Shown: in pieces, positions 60,411-64,000 of the stretch
Layout: every line of letters begins with the position of its first letter
How positions within the stretch are numbered: position 1 is the first letter of the stretch
Assembly: GCA_965228735.1 (NCBI GenBank)
Contig: OZ245838.1
Coordinates: 2,304,001-2,368,000 of the forward strand
Direction: 5' to 3'
Source: Planctomycetota bacterium
GTDB lineage: Bacteria > Planctomycetota > UBA1135 > UBA2386
DNA length: 64,000 bases
The notes under the pieces: generated by a model
Database searches by the model: none
What the model was told of the DNA's origin: nothing
The model's input: the letters and a program-made list of their open reading frames with translations, nothing else
Position numbers and translations under genes: made by a program

Positions 60411-61442
60411 TCAGTGCCAGCGGAACAGCCGGAGCGCCAGAACGAAGCAGACCACGCCGAACGCAATGAGCCCCGCGAGCGGCCAAACCACATCCGTGAT
60501 TCCCCCAGGCTCCAGGACGACATCGCGCAGCGCGTTCGTGAGATGAGTCAGCGGCATCAGGTCCGCCAACCAACGCATGATTCCGGAAAACCCCGCGTTG
60601 CTGAACAGCGCGCCGCCGAGCAGCCACATCGGCAGCTGGCACATCTGCATCAGTCCGGCGATGCCCTCGTAGGTCCGCGCGCGACTCGCACACAGCATGC
60701 CGAGCCCCGTGAACGCCAGTCCACCCGCCACGACAATCAACAGCGTTGCCAGCACGCTGCCTCGGAACGGCACGTCCCAAATCAGCCAGCCGAGACCGAG
60801 AATGACGAAACTCTCCGGAACGACCAGGACGCCGCGGCCGATCATGTAGCCGATGAGGAAGTCGCCGCGCCGCAGCGGCGTCACGAAGAGTCGCCGCAGC
60901 AGGTTTTGGGTGCGCATCATCACGAGGTTGAAGCCGATGCCCCACATGCACGCGCCCATCAGGTTGAGGCCGATCAACCCGGGCACGAGGAAGTCGATGT
61001 AGCGGGCCCCGGCTCGATCCTCCACGGCTGCCTCGATCACGATGCCAGGGCCGTCCCGGTGCCGGCGTAGCGCCCGTTCGAGAAGCAGTTGCGCCAGCCG
61101 CGATTCCTCGCGCGCAGGATCGGTCCGCACCGCGGGGGCATCGAGCGTGCCGCGCAAGAGCAGCGCCACCCGGCCGCGCACGAACGCACGATCGGCCGCG
61201 GCAGGTTCGAGCTCGAGAACGTCGAGCTGCTCACTCACACGCAGCGCTTCGACGAACGGCTCGCCGATCTCGCCGACGACCGCTGCGACCGGGACCGGCG
61301 CCGGCTCCCGCGGCTGGAACGCCAGACCGAGCCCGATCATCATCGCGATCGGAAACCCGTAGGTCCAAAAGATGGCCTCGGGAGAACGCCAGAACTCGCG
61401 GAACATCGCGATCGCGACAGCTCGAACGACGCGCAGGTTCAC
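60411..61442 (-). CDS. ABC-2 type exporter permease
   Basis: FWRSPEAIFWTYGFP, RYIDFLVPGLIG, LRRLFVTPL and MPLTHLTNALR. Confidence 0.9.
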   Translation of the reverse strand: MNLRVVRAVAIAMFREFWRSPEAIFWTYGFPIAMMIGLGLAFQPREPAPVPVAAVVGEIGEPFVEALRVSEQLDVLELEPAAADRAFVRGRVALLLRGTLDAPAVRTDPAREESRLAQLLLERALRRHRDGPGIVIEAAVEDRAGARYIDFLVPGLIGLNLMGACMWGIGFNLVMMRTQNLLRRLFVTPLRRGDFLIGYMIGRGVLVVPESFVILGLGWLIWDVPFRGSVLATLLIVVAGGLAFTGLGMLCASRARTYEGIAGLMQMCQLPMWLLGGALFSNAGFSGIMRWLADLMPLTHLTNALRDVVLEPGGITDVVWPLAGLIAFGVVCFVLALRLFRWH

Positions 61443-62482
61443 GAGTCACCGCCTTCGCGCAACTGGCGCCCGGTGAGGTGAACGAACACGTCTTCGAGAG
61501 TGGCGTGCCGCGTCGCGAGGCCGACGAGTGCTACACCCCGATCGTGGAGCAGACGTTCCATCGCGATCACTGCGGTATGCACGGAGTCGACGGTCAGAAC
61601 GCAGCGCGAAGGCTCGAACTCACAGCTCTGGACCCCTGGCAGCGCCAAGAGATCCGCCGCCGCGACCTGGTCGCCGAAGGCGTCGACCTGAGCCTCGACG
61701 AAGTGCTCCGCGCCAAGCGACCGAATGAGCTCCGCGGGTGAGCCGAGAGCGATGACCCGCCCCGCGTCGACGATCGCGACCCGATCGCACAGCTGCTCGG
61801 CTTCGTCCATGTAGTGCGTCGTCAGCACGGCCGTGCCGCCGCCGCGACGATACTCGCGGATCACCTCCCACAGCTGCCGACGAGACTGCGGGTCCAGGCC
61901 CGTGGTCGGCTCGTCGAGAAAGAGCAGGTCAGGCCGCCCGAGCAACGCGGTCGCCACCGCCAGCCGCTGACGCTGCCCGCCGGAGAGCCCCTTCGTCCGG
62001 GCGTCTGCCTTCTCCTCGAGCGACACGAGCGCAATCGCCTCGTCGACCGACCGACCGCCGGGAAAGATGGCGGAGAAGAGCTCGAGCACCTCGCGCACGG
62101 TCGCCTTCTCCTGGAACTTGCTCTCCTGCAGACAGACCCCGATCCGGCCACGAATCTCCTGATCACACCCACTTCGCCATTCCCGTCCGAGCACGCGAAC
62201 GGTCCCGGAATCGGGCACGGTCAAGCCTTCGCAGATCTCGACAGTCGTGGTCTTGCCCGCACCATTCGGTCCCAGAAGCCCGAACACCTCGCCGCGCTCG
62301 ACCAGAAGATCGAGGCCGTCGACGGCCACCGTCTCGTCGCGGCCCTTCTTGTAGGTCTTACGCAGCCGACCGAGCTCGATGGCCGGCTCCCGCGCCCCGG
62401 CTGGGCGCCCCGCACCGCCACCGTCAGCCGCACCAGCGACCTCCCCGACATCCACACGCAACCCATCAGCGCCGGAGTTCAT
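61439..62482 (-). CDS. ABC-2 type exporter ATP-binding protein
   Basis: ATG 62482 overlaps the upstream stop. GPNGAGKTT, LSGGQRQR, FLDEPTTGLDP and TTHYMDEAE. Confidence 0.92.
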   Translation of the reverse strand: MNSGADGLRVDVGEVAGAADGGGAGRPAGAREPAIELGRLRKTYKKGRDETVAVDGLDLLVERGEVFGLLGPNGAGKTTTVEICEGLTVPDSGTVRVLGREWRSGCDQEIRGRIGVCLQESKFQEKATVREVLELFSAIFPGGRSVDEAIALVSLEEKADARTKGLSGGQRQRLAVATALLGRPDLLFLDEPTTGLDPQSRRQLWEVIREYRRGGGTAVLTTHYMDEAEQLCDRVAIVDAGRVIALGSPAELIRSLGAEHFVEAQVDAFGDQVAAADLLALPGVQSCEFEPSRCVLTVDSVHTAVIAMERLLHDRGVALVGLATRHATLEDVFVHLTGRQLREGGDS

Positions 62483-64000
62483 CGCGGGAACGCCTCGGGA
62501 AGGCCCCCGTCGACGGGCAAGACCGCACCGGTCGTCGGCGTTCGCCGGGCCGCGAAGAAAGCGACGGCTTCGCCGACGTGCCGCGGCACGACCGCAGTGC
62601 CAAGCAGCGACCGATCGCGATAGAATTGCCGCAACCCGGCTGCATCGAGCCCGCGGGCGCGCATCCGATCCGGCCCGACCTCCTCCCAAAGCCGGCTCGG
62701 CACCTCGTCGTCCCCGAACACGGCGTCCGCATTGATCGCGTTGCAGCGCACACCGAACTCCGCGAACTCGAGCGCGGCGACGCGCAACAGTTGCAGTGCC
62801 GCCGCCTTGCTCGCGGAATAGGCACCGAACGACTTGCCGGGCGCGAAGACGTTCTTGCTGGCCTGCAGCACGACGCTGCCACCAGTTCCCTGGGCTCGCA
62901 TCACGCGCGCGGCCTGCTGCAGGACGAACATCGTGCTCGTCGCATTGACGTCCAGGACATGCTGAAAGCGCTCCGGATCCATGTCCGCCAGGGACTGCAC
63001 GTGCGCGACGCCGGCGTTGGGCACGACGCAATCGACACCACCGAACTCGCGCACGCATACGCCGAACAGCCGCTCTACCTGCGACCGGTCCGTCAGGTCG
63101 CCGACCGCGGTCACACAACGGTCGCCGTGTACCGCGAATCGTTCGACGGCCTTCGCGAGACGAACTCCATCCACATCCGTAGCGCATACGCAGGCGCCCT
63201 GTTCGAGCAGGACCTCGACGATGCCTCGCCCGATTGCACCCGCGGCACCGGTGACGAACGCGACCTGGCCACGGAGCGGTGGTGACGCGGTCCGCCCGAG
63301 CTTCTTGCGTTCGAGCGGCCAGTATTCCATCTCCGCAAGCTCGGCCTCGGTCAACGGCTCGTACTCCCCGAGCGCCGCCGCGGCCGCTTTCACGCGCACC
63401 GTGTGCTCGGCAACGTCCGCGGCGATGCGCGCGGCCTTTCGATCGGCACCGAACGCCACGAGTCCGACACCTTCGAGCACCACGACGACCGGCTGCGGCG
63501 CGATCATCGCGAATCCCCTGTCGGCCGCGCACTCCTCGAAGTAGCGCTCGTAGTCCTGCTCGAAGCCCCGAACCGCAGCCTCGCAGGCCCGCCGATCGGT
63601 CGCTTCATCGGCACCGAGCACGAGGTAGCGACCCTTGGTGCGAATCACGTGATCTGGCGTGATCGGCCCGAGCGCGCACAGGCGCCGCGCCTCCGGATGC
63701 GCACTGAACGAAGCGACCTCGTCGCCGATCCGGGCCTCCGCCACCACGCGCCGCCAATCCGCGCTACCGTCGACCTCGATCTCGGCGGCGACAGCTCCGC
63801 GCAAGATCGGCAGAATCTGCCGGAGTCGCGCAGCCCGGTCGTCGACCGCCAGCGGAGCAGGCTGGCCACGCAACATCGGCGGCACGCCACCGAGTTCGGC
63901 CTCGAGAAAGCGCTCGGCCCGATCGACCAGCTCGATCATCCGCTCGTAGCTCGTGCGCGCATCGTCGCCGAACGTGAACAACCCGTGCTTCTCGAGCACG
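62479..64000 (-). CDS. Bifunctional class II aldolase / short-chain dehydrogenase (RhaEW-like), partial (starts beyond the right edge)
   Basis: HGLFTFGD, GPITPDHVIRTK, EYWPLERKKL, VTGAAGAIG, ASKNV, AYSASKAA and NAINADAV. Confidence 0.88.
   Translation of the reverse strand, partial: VLEKHGLFTFGDDARTSYERMIELVDRAERFLEAELGGVPPMLRGQPAPLAVDDRAARLRQILPILRGAVAAEIEVDGSADWRRVVAEARIGDEVASFSAHPEARRLCALGPITPDHVIRTKGRYLVLGADEATDRRACEAAVRGFEQDYERYFEECAADRGFAMIAPQPVVVVLEGVGLVAFGADRKAARIAADVAEHTVRVKAAAAALGEYEPLTEAELAEMEYWPLERKKLGRTASPPLRGQVAFVTGAAGAIGRGIVEVLLEQGACVCATDVDGVRLAKAVERFAVHGDRCVTAVGDLTDRSQVERLFGVCVREFGGVDCVVPNAGVAHVQSLADMDPERFQHVLDVNATSTMFVLQQAARVMRAQGTGGSVVLQASKNVFAPGKSFGAYSASKAAALQLLRVAALEFAEFGVRCNAINADAVFGDDEVPSRLWEEVGPDRMRARGLDAAGLRQFYRDRSLLGTAVVPRHVGEAVAFFAARRTPTTGAVLPVDGGLPEAFPR

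Noticed and set aside
60194..60523. ORF in the gap between the convergent M14 peptidase and ABC permease genes
   Set aside because: It overlaps the permease, has no recognisable motifs and has atypical composition.

Overview
High-GC bacterial chromosomal segment. Planctomycetota is the likely source, inferred from a TIGR02999/Sigma70_ECF-type sigma factor, a PQQ-type beta-propeller, and ELWxxDGT, FG-GAP and HEAT-repeat surface proteins. It holds about 50 CDSs and tRNA-Pro(CGG), with no integrase, transposase or CRISPR array. Housekeeping genes include mgtE, sdhCAB, acnA, a fabZ-like gene, rnhA, acpH and valS. Four items stand out. (1) A bacterial copy of the archaeal/eukaryotic tRNA pseudouridine synthase Pus10, with all catalytic motifs but no N-terminal THUMP region (44233-45039). 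(2) A sigma-54 locus: a solute-binding protein, a histidine kinase and an NtrC-type activator, then a perfect TGGCAC-N5-TTGCA promoter. The promoter precedes an exported CX5R phosphatase/cytochrome c' fusion, an Fbp/Afu-like ABC importer with a non-canonical binding site, a pentahaem cytochrome c and a HEAT-repeat lipoprotein (21950-33218). (3) A recurring ~110-130 aa beta-rich domain shared by five unrelated secreted proteins, a candidate surface-sorting or anchoring domain. (4) Two 117-bp REPIN-like elements, each made of inverted 33-bp palindromic units around a 51-bp spacer. All family assignments come from motif recognition by eye. No database searches were run, and start codons are best estimates.
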